Origin: Negativicutes bacterium
GTDB taxonomy: Bacteria; Bacillota; JAAYKD01
Assembly (NCBI GenBank): GCA_021372785.1
Contig: JAJFTT010000036.1
Span: 94,029-158,028 of the forward strand
Reading direction: 5' to 3'
DNA length: 64,000 nucleotides
The position numbers were made by a program, and so were the translations under genes. The notes under the pieces were generated by a model. The model searched no databases and was not told the origin of the DNA. It saw only the letters and a list, made by a program, of their open reading frames with translations. Position 1 is the first letter of the stretch. Every line of letters begins with the position of its first letter. This document shows, one piece after another, positions 17,787 through 27,957 of the stretch.

Positions 17787-18473
17787 TTATTGATCTTTAT
17801 AGGCTGCATTGATGTGAGAGGCATCGCAGAATGGTTTGATGTCCGATTCACCGCAGCGGCATAAAGCGACCCGGTTTCGCACTTCGTAAGGCACTCCATC
17901 AGCCGATTCAATCGGGATGCGGCCAACAACCGCAATGGGACCGCTGACTTTTTTCTGGGGGTCCTGCAAAATGAAAATGGCAGGGACGTATTCTTTCTCA
18001 ATTTGATTGCCTTCTTTATCAAACGCCACCAATCTGCCGGAGGGGCATTCGGAAGCGGCGATCACGGCTTCTTTTTTCAAGGCAGGATCATCGGAATTGG
18101 CGATCAATTCCCAGACACTGCCGGCATTGCGGTGACAAAACCGTGCAAAGGCACAGCGTCCGTCATCCAACAAGTCAAGCTCCGGACCCTGCTGCACATC
18201 CACCAACCGGTCCAGGTAATTTGCCCGGGAGGCAGTTTCTTCGCCATCAAAATGCGTATGCAGATGGGAGCCGTCACAAAAAGGCGGCGTCTTGGTTTTG
18301 CCGCAGCGACATAAGGCATAACTTTCTGCCTGAGGCAGCGGACGGCCTTCTTTCAGTTCATACTGCCTGCCATTGGCGGTAATGATCTTTTCCGAAACCG
18401 GCACGTCGCCTGTAACCAGATAGGGACCGTTTTTGACAATTACAATTTTCGCTTGCTTCACCATAGCAACCAC
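17787..18473 (-). CDS. CDGSH iron-sulfur domain protein with two CDGSH motifs
   Basis: CRCGKTKTPPFCDGSH near the N-terminus and CRCGESDIKPFCDASH near the C-terminus, plus an additional central Cys cluster. Confidence 0.75.
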   Translation of the reverse strand: MVAMVKQAKIVIVKNGPYLVTGDVPVSEKIITANGRQYELKEGRPLPQAESYALCRCGKTKTPPFCDGSHLHTHFDGEETASRANYLDRLVDVQQGPELDLLDDGRCAFARFCHRNAGSVWELIANSDDPALKKEAVIAASECPSGRLVAFDKEGNQIEKEYVPAIFILQDPQKKVSGPIAVVGRIPIESADGVPYEVRNRVALCRCGESDIKPFCDASHINAAYKDQ

Positions 18474-18492
18474 CCCTCCTGTATTATTTTTT

Positions 18493-19131
18493 TCAGATCG
18501 TAAAAAACATCTTTACGGTTTGCGGTAGCTCCGACAGCTGAGCAATGCTTACCTCCTTACTGTCGATCCGGCCATAACCATAGGCAGCGTGTATAAAGGG
18601 AATGGCCGCCAACCGTGCCGCCTTGAGATCCCCTTCCGTATCACCGACATAGACAGCACGCTCAATTTGATTTCTGGCCATGACCAGCTTAATATTTTCC
18701 CCCTTGGACAAGCCGGTTCGGCCGGCGCACTCAGTGTCGGTGAAATACTCCGTCAATTTGTGGAATTCCAGAAAAGATTCAATATAACCGTCCTGACAGT
18801 TGCTGACAATAAAAAGCAGATAGTTTTTTTTCAAAGAAGCGAGCATCTCCTCCAGATGAGGATAAAGCACACCCCCATGTTCACGCAAATAAAGCTGTTC
18901 TTCCACGGCACATTCATCCATAATTTTCAGGCTTTGCACCAGTGGCAATTCCGGCAGCATGATCTGCGCAATATCCGCAATGGTTTTCCCCATATAACTG
19001 TGCAGATCCGCTATGGTGATCTGACGGTTCACTTCAGAATGCCGTTGCAGCACTCTGTTCCAAGCCGGCAGCACTTGCCGGGAGACATCCCACAAGGTGC
19101 CGTCCAAATCGAAAATAATCGCATTTTTCAT
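18493..19131 (-). CDS. HAD-superfamily hydrolase (phosphoglycolate-phosphatase-like)
   Basis: 212 aa; motif I FDLDGTLWD, motif III K, motif IV GDTEGD. Confidence 0.8.
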   Translation of the reverse strand: MKNAIIFDLDGTLWDVSRQVLPAWNRVLQRHSEVNRQITIADLHSYMGKTIADIAQIMLPELPLVQSLKIMDECAVEEQLYLREHGGVLYPHLEEMLASLKKNYLLFIVSNCQDGYIESFLEFHKLTEYFTDTECAGRTGLSKGENIKLVMARNQIERAVYVGDTEGDLKAARLAAIPFIHAAYGYGRIDSKEVSIAQLSELPQTVKMFFTI

Positions 19132-19489
19132 TTCTGCCTCATCTCATCCCGTTCGTATTTTCGTCAATCAAAAGATGGATACTACCATCAATTCCTGCAC
19201 CGAAGCGGTTTTTCCTGCTGTCAACTCAAAAAACACCTGCCGTTGACGCCGGCAACTGCCCGGACATCCGCTTAACCATCCGTCATCCGCTGCAAATCTA
19301 AAAATCGTGATTGAATCTGCGCAAGCGTTGACCTGTAGAAAAGGTTTCGGCTCTCCTGCTCTGCCGTCAGCTTTCCTTGCTCAATCAAGAACGCGGTCTT
19401 ATTTACCGGCAACTCATTTCACTCTGTTTTCTTGCTGCAGCAGCCGTTTTGCGGATCCGGTTTGCCTGGCGTTTCAGAGCTTGCATTAT

Positions 19490-19527
19490 AAAAACCGCTC
19501 GCAGCTTTTAAAAGGCGAGCGGTTTTT
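19490..19527. terminator. Bidirectional intrinsic terminator
   Basis: A5 - ccgctcgc - 12-nt loop - gcgagcgg - T5, located 15 nt downstream of the 19545-20057 gene stop. Confidence 0.6.
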
Positions 19528-19544
19528 GCTACTCAATAAGGAAA

Positions 19545-20057
19545 TTAGATTTGTCCGGTTGCTTTCAAAGCGATTTGAGCAATGATAGCGGAAGCCACAT
19601 AGGTTCCGATAAAGGTAAACAAGGCGGTAACCACAATAGCGACACCTTGCTTTCTGAAAGCGGGCAGATCTTTCCCGATGGAAATACCGGCATATGAAAG
19701 AATTGGTGTGCAAAGCGGCAGGAGTCCGATTTTGTTGAATTCAGTGGACATCCAGCCGGCAATCGGAGAAAGGCCAGGAATACCAAGTAAAACAGCGATC
19801 ATGGAAATAAACAGAACACTCGGCAGATCGGTCTTCGGCCATTTCTTCGCGACCCAGTCGGTGATGATTAAACCAACCACACAAATGGCTACCATCAATA
19901 ACAACGCCGGCCAAACATCCCAAGGCATATAGACTTTTACTTTATCGGGGGTCAGTGATCTGGATTTGGTCACCCAGGTATTGATCGTGTTACCGATAGA
20001 AGCAAACAAAATTGAAAAAAACAAAACTTTTAAGCGTGTTCCCCATTTTTCTGACAT
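19545..20057 (-). CDS. Membrane protein (4-5 TM), partner of the DUF3100-like membrane protein
   Basis: 170 aa hydrophobic protein; RBS aaggaggg before the ATG; last gene of the M20-membrane-membrane operon. Confidence 0.5.
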   Translation of the reverse strand: MSEKWGTRLKVLFFSILFASIGNTINTWVTKSRSLTPDKVKVYMPWDVWPALLLMVAICVVGLIITDWVAKKWPKTDLPSVLFISMIAVLLGIPGLSPIAGWMSTEFNKIGLLPLCTPILSYAGISIGKDLPAFRKQGVAIVVTALFTFIGTYVASAIIAQIALKATGQI

Positions 20058-20081
20058 GGTTTTCCCTCCTTATGCTATTTG

Positions 20082-20121
20082 GCTTTATGAACCGGTAACT
20101 TTTGCTTTATGAACCGGTAAC
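20082..20121. repeat. 22-bp tandem duplication (gctttatgaaccggtaac x2) spanning the stop codon of the 20085-20972 gene
   Basis: Copy 1 at 20082-20099 and copy 2 at 20104-20121; copy 2 encodes LPVHKA, and copy 1, shifted by one frame, encodes VTGS and the stop. Confidence 0.8.
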
Positions 20122-20972
20122 AATTCCGCTTCAGAAATTCCGGGGTTTCTGATCTTTTTCAATTTCCGATAGAACCAATTGGTAAAGGGAATGGCAACGA
20201 ATAAGTTAATATATAAGCCATCGACACCGGTCAAAATCTGGCTGCCGGCGGCATAGGCCTGCATTTGTGCGACCATTTCCGGTACGGTAAGCATTTTGCC
20301 GGCCACATTGGTCATTAAACTTGGATCTACGGAGAATTTATCAATCAAAGGAGCCAATGCCGCGGTCATCATGGAAGCGGAACCGGTGCCGCAAGCCATA
20401 GCCATAGCAAAGGGATGGAAAAGTCCGCTGGCTAAAGCAGCAGAAGACATTAAGCTATTGAAAATCGTGCCAAGCAGGGTGCCGGTGACATAACCGCCCA
20501 TAACGCCGCGCCCTTCCGCTGAATCCAAACCATATAAATCGCCGACAACGGCAAGGGAACCTTCACGGGAAATCGAGAAGGTAACACCAACGGCTTCACG
20601 ACCCATGTTGAAGACAAAAATCGCAATCGGCATCGAGAAAAGGATCGGACCCAAGTTACCGATTTCCTGCAGCAATAAAGCAGGACCCGCTTTGATCACC
20701 TGCTCTAAATTCGGGCCGATGGTAGAACCGACTTTGCAGGTTAACAAAGTAACACTGATACCGATATAGGGAGAAGCGGTCGTCATCATATCCATATCAA
20801 TCACTTTAACGATCGAAAGAATGGCACCGATCACCAAAGCATAGAGCATCGGAAATAAAGTAAAACTTAAGATACCCTGAGCAAATTTAAAGTTGCCGAT
20901 CAGCTCTGAAGCAATAACGAGCAGGAGGCAAAATAAATGGACTTTCCAGTCTTTTAAATTGAAGCCTTTCAT
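20085..20972 (-). CDS. DUF3100-like polytopic membrane protein (putative transporter associated with the M20 amidohydrolase)
   Basis: 295 aa with about 8 TM segments, immediately downstream of the M20 hydrolase gene. Confidence 0.5.
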   Translation of the reverse strand: MKGFNLKDWKVHLFCLLLVIASELIGNFKFAQGILSFTLFPMLYALVIGAILSIVKVIDMDMMTTASPYIGISVTLLTCKVGSTIGPNLEQVIKAGPALLLQEIGNLGPILFSMPIAIFVFNMGREAVGVTFSISREGSLAVVGDLYGLDSAEGRGVMGGYVTGTLLGTIFNSLMSSAALASGLFHPFAMAMACGTGSASMMTAALAPLIDKFSVDPSLMTNVAGKMLTVPEMVAQMQAYAAGSQILTGVDGLYINLFVAIPFTNWFYRKLKKIRNPGISEAELLPVHKAKVTGS

Positions 20973-21057
20973 AAACAGTATTCCCTCCTAATCCCAATTT
21001 GTGTGGGTTTCCAATGAGTTGACCCTTAAGCTTGCTAAAACGCGATGACGGCAGGGT

Positions 21058-22368
21058 CTAAAGGTGACCCCAGTCTCTGAGATACTCTGCCTTGGTCATT
21101 GGCGCTTTGAAGTTGTTTTTGATTTCTAAACCAATTTTGGCGCCATCAGCCAGCAGATCGATCGCTGTGCAGACAAGAGCTTTTGCGGAAGTAATATAAG
21201 CTGTTTCTTTATCGACTAGCATAAATTCTCTGGTATGCCCTCCGCCTGCAGAACCGCCCATATAGGTATGCAGTGTCGGCATCAAATAGGAAACATCGCC
21301 GGCATCGGTGGAACCGCCGCCGTGCGCGCCTTGTCTTTGAACTGCTTTTTCACCGACTAATGTTTTTAGATTTTCATACATCACATCGGTTAATTGCTCG
21401 TCAAAATTCATCGGCAGGTACCCGGGAAGCTCCGTAATAATCGTCTTGGCGCCGACTGCATCGCCGCCGGCCTTAAAGGCACGGTTGACTTTGGCGCTGG
21501 CATCCAGGATTGCTGTGACATTGCTGCCCCGCACATAAGTTTCCAGTCTGACATCGGCAGGAACCACATTGACCAGGTCGCCGCCTTTGGTGATGATGGG
21601 GTGAACGCGGATATGATCCTCATCTTTAAATGTTTCCCGCTGCGCATGAACTGCCATCAGGCCAATATTGGCAGCATTTAAAGCGTTGATGCCTTCATGA
21701 GGCGCTCCGCCGGCATGCGCTTCTTTACCAATGTACTGAATCAGTTTGCCGGTAAAGCCATTGGCTTCATTTCTGACAATCGCTTTGGTTCCATCCGTAT
21801 AGCTGGCAGTATGCTGCATCACCATGATGTCAATATCGTCCATCACGCCAAGTTTGATAAATTCTTGCTTGCCGCCCAGAAAACTGATTTTACCTTCCTC
21901 GCGTAAACCGGCTCTGTAACCGATTTCCACATATTCCTCTGCCGGAACCGCCATTAAGACGATGTCGCCGGATAATTCTTCCATGATGCCGGTATCTTTC
22001 AAAGCATAGGCGACACCGGTTAAACCTGCGATCATACAATTGTGGCCGCAGGCGTGAGCTGCTCCTGTTTCGGCGCAGACAAAAGGATGATCCTGTACAA
22101 TAACAGCGTCAAGTTCACCCATAATAGCAACTTTCATCTTTGATTCTTTGCCTTTACGGGGAGCAATAACACCGGTGATCGCCACGCCATCCTGATAAGT
22201 GTAGCCGAGTTCATCGAACATTTTTTTTACTTTCGCAGCGGTTTTGAACTCCTTATAGCCTAATTCCGGTTCTTTCAGAATGGAATCACCGATCGCCATG
22301 ATTTTATCGCGATTTTTGTCGATTGCCTCACAGGCAATTTTCTTGAGTTCCTCTCTGGTATGTGTCAT
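21058..22368 (-). CDS. M20-family amidohydrolase/peptidase (M20D-like)
   Basis: 436 aa with the M20 metal-binding His/Asp/Glu pattern (HACGH, dimerisation domain). Confidence 0.85.
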   Translation of the reverse strand: MTHTREELKKIACEAIDKNRDKIMAIGDSILKEPELGYKEFKTAAKVKKMFDELGYTYQDGVAITGVIAPRKGKESKMKVAIMGELDAVIVQDHPFVCAETGAAHACGHNCMIAGLTGVAYALKDTGIMEELSGDIVLMAVPAEEYVEIGYRAGLREEGKISFLGGKQEFIKLGVMDDIDIMVMQHTASYTDGTKAIVRNEANGFTGKLIQYIGKEAHAGGAPHEGINALNAANIGLMAVHAQRETFKDEDHIRVHPIITKGGDLVNVVPADVRLETYVRGSNVTAILDASAKVNRAFKAGGDAVGAKTIITELPGYLPMNFDEQLTDVMYENLKTLVGEKAVQRQGAHGGGSTDAGDVSYLMPTLHTYMGGSAGGGHTREFMLVDKETAYITSAKALVCTAIDLLADGAKIGLEIKNNFKAPMTKAEYLRDWGHL

Positions 22369-23429
22369 CCGTAACCCTCCCTTTCAGTGCACGACTGGCG
22401 TGCTTTCACTTTTGCACCGTTACGTGTCTAAAACGCCGAGAATTTTGCTGCTGTTTCATGCTGATGCCAAGAGCGTTATTTCTCTGCCTGATGCTGATGT
22501 GGCATTGCCTTGAACTGAATGAACGCGCAAAATCTATGACGGTGTCCACCACAAAGAGTCTTCAGCCGATGCAAATGCAGACGGTTCGTTATACTGGGGA
22601 CCTGTTTTCCGGAAGTCATTGAGCCGGTGCTTTTCCTGTGTAGGCCTGCAACCCTCCTTTCCCGATACACAAGGATCGTTCCGCTTGCTTTGCGTGAGAA
22701 AAAGCAGCTTCTGACGAATTCAAAAGAGGAATGAAAACAATTGGCGGACTGCTGACGAGCCGAACTGTAACAGCTTGCACGAAAATTGGCTGTTTTAAAA
22801 AAAACAGGCTGCACAAAGAAGGAATGCAATGGCAAATTGTGAATGAATATACATAATTATTCTTGATAAAGTATATTTATGTTATTATTTCCTGCCCTTA
22901 ACCCTCTTAATGTAACCCCGGCAGCACGCGCGCTGTCTGTCTCTGACCAGCATCCTTTTGTGAATAAATAATGAAGATGAAACTCGCTGATTCGCCGTCA
23001 ACGGGAGTTTCTGCGCCTTCCGGAAGCTCAAATCCTGCCCATACAATAAACTATTTTATCGGGTTTGTCAACAATTAATTACAGCAAAAAATGATTTCCC
23101 TTTAAAATACCAAAGTAATCAGAATTCATTTCTAACGCAACTGTAGTTATCTGTCTTTCTATGTGGAAAACACGAATGGAATAATGAAAAACACGATTCT
23201 GGATTCAGCCTGTTTTGAAAGAAATGTGGTATAGAAACTTAACTTGTTGTTCATAAAAAATTCAACTGATCCGCATAATCATTATCGTTTCTTTTGTGAC
23301 CGCGTTTTTCTTATTTTGCTATAAAGGAGAATGGTTCCGGCTGCGTTTGCTGATAAAATAGTATAATTATAAGAAATTATTTGCAAGAATTCAAACAGTG
23401 GCTCCTTGTATAAAACATCAGACAAAAAC

Positions 23430-23627
23430 CTAGACTGTCAGGATTCTCGCCACTCTGCCGACCACACCGCCGACCAATCTGACCTTGATGCCATGCGGAT
23501 GCATAGGTGAATTGGTTAGTATATCTTTGACAATACCTTCGGTTAATTTCCCGCTCGCCTGATCCTGCTTTTGCACAACCATAACGGTGAGACCCGGCTT
23601 AATCTGATTACGAATTCTTGCATCCAT
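23430..23627 (-). CDS. ywbE: YwbE-family small protein (DUF2196)
   Basis: The C-terminal 65 aa MDARIRNQIKPGLTVMVVQKQDQASGKLTEGIVKDILTNSPMHPHGIKVRLVGGVVGRV match YwbE. The longer ORF listed in the track overlaps truA, so the internal Met was used. Confidence 0.7.
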   Translation of the reverse strand: MDARIRNQIKPGLTVMVVQKQDQASGKLTEGIVKDILTNSPMHPHGIKVRLVGGVVGRVARILTV

Positions 23628-23652
23628 CTTGTTTCCTCTTTCTCCAGCCAGA

Positions 23653-24402
23653 TCAAGATTGATTTGCATAAGAAATTTGCTCCAGATAGAGTCCTTCGGG
23701 TGGAGCCATTGTCCCGGTGCGGATCCGCTCGCCGGAAAGCAGGATCTGGTTAACCTCTTCCGCTTTTTTTTCACCCAAACCAATTTCAATTAAGGTGCCG
23801 ACGATTTTGCGGACCATGTTATAGAGAAAACCGTCGCCGCAAATGCGAATTTCAACCATTCCCTGCTTTTGTTCGATTTCCAGTGAATGAATGGTGCGAA
23901 TTTTGTCTTTCTTATTTGATTTTGCATTGGAATAAACAGTGAAATCATGCTGCCCAAGAAAATATTGACTCGCCCTTTTCATCTGCTGCAAATCCAGTTT
24001 CTGTTCCACCTGCATGCTGTAATATCGCATAAAAGGGTTGCTGTAGTTTTCATTCCAGATTTTATAGAGATAGGTCTTGCTTTTGGCATTGTAGCGCGCA
24101 TGAAAGCGCTCGGATACTTCTTCTGCCGCGCAAATGCTGATCGCTTTGGGCAGATAGTGATTGAGGAAGTGCATAATATCATGGCAATTGAGGTTTTCCT
24201 CTGTTTTAAAATTCGCTGTCTGAGCCAGCGCGTGCACACCGGCATCGGTCCGGCTGGCGCCAACCACTTCGATGGGGTAACCAAGCATAGCAGACAGTGC
24301 ATTCTCAATTACAGCCTGGATGGTATTCTCCGTATTCCCCAAACGCTGCCAACCTCTGAAATGCTCTCCATCATAAGCAATTGTTAATTTATAATTGTGC
24401 AT
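23653..24402 (-). CDS. truA: tRNA pseudouridine(38-40) synthase TruA
   Basis: MHNYKLTIAYDGEHFRGWQ is the TruA N-terminus with the catalytic Asp region RTDAGVHA. The start is set at the internal Met, since the 24 aa before it are not conserved. Confidence 0.9.
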   Translation of the reverse strand: MHNYKLTIAYDGEHFRGWQRLGNTENTIQAVIENALSAMLGYPIEVVGASRTDAGVHALAQTANFKTEENLNCHDIMHFLNHYLPKAISICAAEEVSERFHARYNAKSKTYLYKIWNENYSNPFMRYYSMQVEQKLDLQQMKRASQYFLGQHDFTVYSNAKSNKKDKIRTIHSLEIEQKQGMVEIRICGDGFLYNMVRKIVGTLIEIGLGEKKAEEVNQILLSGERIRTGTMAPPEGLYLEQISYANQS

Positions 24403-24781
24403 TGAATTCCCTTCCCTTTGGGCAAGACATGCCTGGCAGCATTGCGCAATCCATCGTCTGCCGGTTGGTCGCACATGCTGTCTGCGCCGCCTGATCGCGA
24501 TTCCGGTAAAATATCTCTTGACTGGCTGACAGACACGTTTTTGATTTTCTCTTGTCTGGTATCTTTTTTACATCTTACCTTGAAAATAGATCCCTGTCAA
24601 GATGACAGTCACCCGCAGCGCAGGCACTCGTTGAAAACACTGCCGTCTCAATTCAACTCAGAAAAAAGCTCCCTTCAGAGATCTGAAAGAAGCTTTGATC
24701 CGAAGCAACCGATTGCAGAGCATGAGAACTGCTGCTGCCATCTTCTCGCCTCTCTCCCCCTTTGCTCTCGAAAACCCAGGT

Positions 24782-25819
24782 TTACTGCCTGGCATCCTGC
24801 CGGAACAAAGCCAGCAGCGAACCATAGCCCTCTTCTGCCATTTTTTCTTTGGCAATGAAACGCAAAGCCGCACTGTTGATACAATAACGCAAGCCGCCGG
24901 CTGCAGCGGGACCATCCGTAAACACATGCCCGAGATGAGCGTTGCCGCCCTTACTGCGTACCTCAACTCGCTGCATGCCAAATTTGTGATCTGTGAATTC
25001 CCGAATCCGCTCCTTGCTGATGGGTTTGGAGAAACTTGGCCAACCACAGCCGGAAGCGAATTTATCATCAGATGAAAATAAGGGTTCGCCGGTGGTGATA
25101 TCAACATAAATACCCTGGCGAAAGTGATTATAGTATTCATTCTGAAAAGCCGGTTCGGTCGCCTGATTTTGGGTTACCTGATACTGCAGTTCTGTCAGCC
25201 GACTTTTCAGTTTTTCTTGCTCCGGTGGCTGGTATGACAGTTCCGGATCCTCTGCTCTTTCTGCTTGACTGAATTTCTCTTTTCTGATATGACAGTAGCC
25301 GCCAGGATTCTTGGTCAAATAGTCCTGATGGTATGTTTCTGCGGGACAATAATTTTGCAGAGGCAGCACTTCAATCGCTAACGGTTCAGTATAGCGTTTC
25401 TGCAATTCCTGCAGGGAGGTCAAAATGATTTCCCGATCCGCCGCATCGGTGTAATAGATACCGCTGCGATATTGGATGCCAAGATCATTGCCTTGTCGAT
25501 TTTTCGCCACCGGATCAATCACTTCATAGAAGAGCTGCAAGAGGAACTGCAGACGAATTTTCTGCGGGTCATAGGTCACTCTTACCGTTTCTGCATGCCC
25601 GCTGCTCTGACACACTTCTGCATACGTGATCTGGTCGCCTGTGCCGTTGGCATAACCGGCTTCGGTTGCCAAAACACCCTTTACCACCGAGAAATATTTC
25701 TCGGTTCCCCAGAAACAACCGCCTGCCAGATAAATTTCTTTGCTCGTAACAGCCTGTCCCGACCCGATCTCTTCTACCTGTTCCGCTGTTTTTGGCTGAT
25801 GTTTAAGAACTCCCATCAT
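24782..25819 (-). CDS. msrAB: Bifunctional peptide methionine sulfoxide reductase MsrA/MsrB
   Basis: N-terminal MsrA (GCFWG) and C-terminal MsrB (CGWPSF, HLGHVF); 345 aa. Confidence 0.9.
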   Translation of the reverse strand: MMGVLKHQPKTAEQVEEIGSGQAVTSKEIYLAGGCFWGTEKYFSVVKGVLATEAGYANGTGDQITYAEVCQSSGHAETVRVTYDPQKIRLQFLLQLFYEVIDPVAKNRQGNDLGIQYRSGIYYTDAADREIILTSLQELQKRYTEPLAIEVLPLQNYCPAETYHQDYLTKNPGGYCHIRKEKFSQAERAEDPELSYQPPEQEKLKSRLTELQYQVTQNQATEPAFQNEYYNHFRQGIYVDITTGEPLFSSDDKFASGCGWPSFSKPISKERIREFTDHKFGMQRVEVRSKGGNAHLGHVFTDGPAAAGGLRYCINSAALRFIAKEKMAEEGYGSLLALFRQDARQ

Positions 25820-25870
25820 CTACCTGCCTTTCTGTTCTACTCTGATTTTCCTTCATTTTCGAATCACCGC

Positions 25871-26830
25871 TTAATTTCTCGTCTTTGCTTCTTCTGCAAC
25901 CAACTCACATGCATAAAATAGGTTCGCCACCGCATCGTCATAATCACTGAGCCTCGCTGCTTTCCTGATTTTCCCGGCATAGTTCTCCGAATCGGCAAAC
26001 AAATGGATCATGTAAAACCAGATCTCTTTCATTTTCAACAATACATTGCGGTCAGCGCCGAGCGCGCTTCGGTAACCGGTATAAATCAGATCATGAAACT
26101 CGTTCAGCAAACTCCTTTCGAGTTTCTTCCCGTCTTGAATCTCAGCCAGCAAGCCGGGATTAGCAATCAGACCACGACCAAGCATCACCTTTTCCACCTG
26201 GGGAAACTCCTGCCGAAATTGCCTGTAAGCCTGCACTGAGCCAAGATCTCCGTTATAGCAAACCGGATTTTTGCTGAGCAGAAGCGCTTGTCTGAAGATC
26301 GTATAATTGGGTGAGTTATGATAGAAATCCTGCCGGACTCTGGGATGAATGATCAATTCCGTGATCGGGTACTTGTTGAAAATCTCGAGCAGCGCATAAA
26401 ATTCTTCCGGTTGTGCCATGCCCAACCTGGTTTTTACTGAGATGCGCAGCTGAGATTGTGCGAAAATTTCTTCTAAAAAAAGGTCCAGTTCTTTCGGTTG
26501 GGCAAGAAAACCGGCGCCTCTCCCTTTTGCTGTCACAGTACCGGAGGGACAGCCTAAATTCAGATTGATTTCCCGGTAGCCCAACTGCTGCAGCCGATTG
26601 GTCGTATGCAGAAAATCTTTGGCTCGATTGGTCAGCAATTGGGGGATTAAGGTATACCCTTGGTTATGCTCCGGCAGCAGATCGTTGATCTCTCTCGTTC
26701 TCAGACTATCACTTTGATTTGCAGAGACAAAGGGGGAAAAATAGCGATCGATACGATTAAAACAGTGTTGGTAAGCATTGCGATAAATATAACTCGTAAT
26801 CCCCTGCATCGGGGCAAAATAAAACAGCAT
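25871..26830 (-). CDS. dus: tRNA-dihydrouridine synthase (Dus family)
   Basis: MLFYFAPMQGITSYIYRN...LNLGCP TIM-barrel flavoenzyme signature; 319 aa. Confidence 0.85.
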   Translation of the reverse strand: MLFYFAPMQGITSYIYRNAYQHCFNRIDRYFSPFVSANQSDSLRTREINDLLPEHNQGYTLIPQLLTNRAKDFLHTTNRLQQLGYREINLNLGCPSGTVTAKGRGAGFLAQPKELDLFLEEIFAQSQLRISVKTRLGMAQPEEFYALLEIFNKYPITELIIHPRVRQDFYHNSPNYTIFRQALLLSKNPVCYNGDLGSVQAYRQFRQEFPQVEKVMLGRGLIANPGLLAEIQDGKKLERSLLNEFHDLIYTGYRSALGADRNVLLKMKEIWFYMIHLFADSENYAGKIRKAARLSDYDDAVANLFYACELVAEEAKTRN

Positions 26831-27020
26831 AGCAGAGTATCTCCTCTCGGGTTGTCAGCAGGATCCTGATTGACTCTCTGCTTTTACTATATAATATTAC
26901 AGGAAATTTTGCCATCTGTCAATCAATTCAACAGAAATCCCAGCTGTTGCTTAGATGACAAAAAACTTCTATCCGAATGAATCGTTCGGATAGAAGTTTA
27001 GCATCCAAAGAAATTGTGCA

Positions 27021-27941
27021 CTATATGACTTGCGGATGAGCAATTTTGGCTAGGTAACGAATCAAGACATAGAAGACCACAACAAGCGCGATCAGTTCTT
27101 CTGCTTTGACCAGTGTTGGTAAGAAAGCCAGCTTAATTCCTTGTTTGAGCAAAAAACCTTGACTCAATTTTAAGGAGAGGGCGGCAATCACCAAGGGAAA
27201 AGTAAAGGCAGAGTAACTGGGATAAAACTTGAGCCGCAGCAAGCAAAGCATTTTGCTGAGCACAAAAAAGTAGAAAGCTTGAGAGAGCACAAGCAAAGCA
27301 TAAAATAGCAACATGTTTTTCTGATTAAAACAATTGAGATAACCGGCCAGACACAGAGCACCCGGCGCAGCAAAAATCGCTAAAGTCGGCAAAGCCGGCT
27401 CCGGAATTCCCTTGACCCAAAAGGCTCTCTTGCTCACGACGAAAAGCAAAACCAGATAGCTTGCCAAAGCAAACCAGAAAGCGGCTTGGCCAACTGTCTG
27501 ATTGAAGGCTTTGCCGGTGACCGCTGCCACAGCAATTCCAACATAAACAATAAACCAGCTGGGAAACACTTGCTTGATCTCAAATTTAACCACAAACTTC
27601 AGCGTAAAACGAATCAACAGAACAAGATGCAGACCAAGACCGATCAGCCACAGCAAAGCAGCAACGCCGGCATGATACGGTTTTAAATAAGCCGCCAGCA
27701 GCATCAGACTCATGGAGTAGGTAGGAAATACGGATGCTCCGATGGGTGTATTTAGTTCTTGCATTAATCCAGAAAAATCACTGATGAACTTTGCTGTGCT
27801 GAGGAGAAGCAAAATACCGGCTAAGCTGCCGAGTAAATTCCGGTAATTATCGCCATACGATTGTACGAGATTCCCCAATGCGGCCAACGCCAAGCTGACA
27901 CCGACGATTGGCATCGGTATTTTTTTGAAAAAATCTTTCAT
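27021..27941 (-). CDS. TehA/TDT-family (tellurite-resistance / C4-dicarboxylate transporter-like) membrane protein
   Basis: 306 aa with 10 predicted TM; the N-terminus IPMPIVGVSLALAALGNL resembles TDT-family proteins. Confidence 0.5.
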   Translation of the reverse strand: MKDFFKKIPMPIVGVSLALAALGNLVQSYGDNYRNLLGSLAGILLLLSTAKFISDFSGLMQELNTPIGASVFPTYSMSLMLLAAYLKPYHAGVAALLWLIGLGLHLVLLIRFTLKFVVKFEIKQVFPSWFIVYVGIAVAAVTGKAFNQTVGQAAFWFALASYLVLLFVVSKRAFWVKGIPEPALPTLAIFAAPGALCLAGYLNCFNQKNMLLFYALLVLSQAFYFFVLSKMLCLLRLKFYPSYSAFTFPLVIAALSLKLSQGFLLKQGIKLAFLPTLVKAEELIALVVVFYVLIRYLAKIAHPQVI

Positions 27942-27957
27942 TTCGCTTCCGCCTTTA

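Noticed and set aside
22369-22840. T-box riboswitch upstream of the M20 amidohydrolase (element GGUGGACACCGUC)
   Set aside because: The T-box match has an insertion, no terminator/antiterminator pair follows, and no GA/AGUA/F-box series was found.
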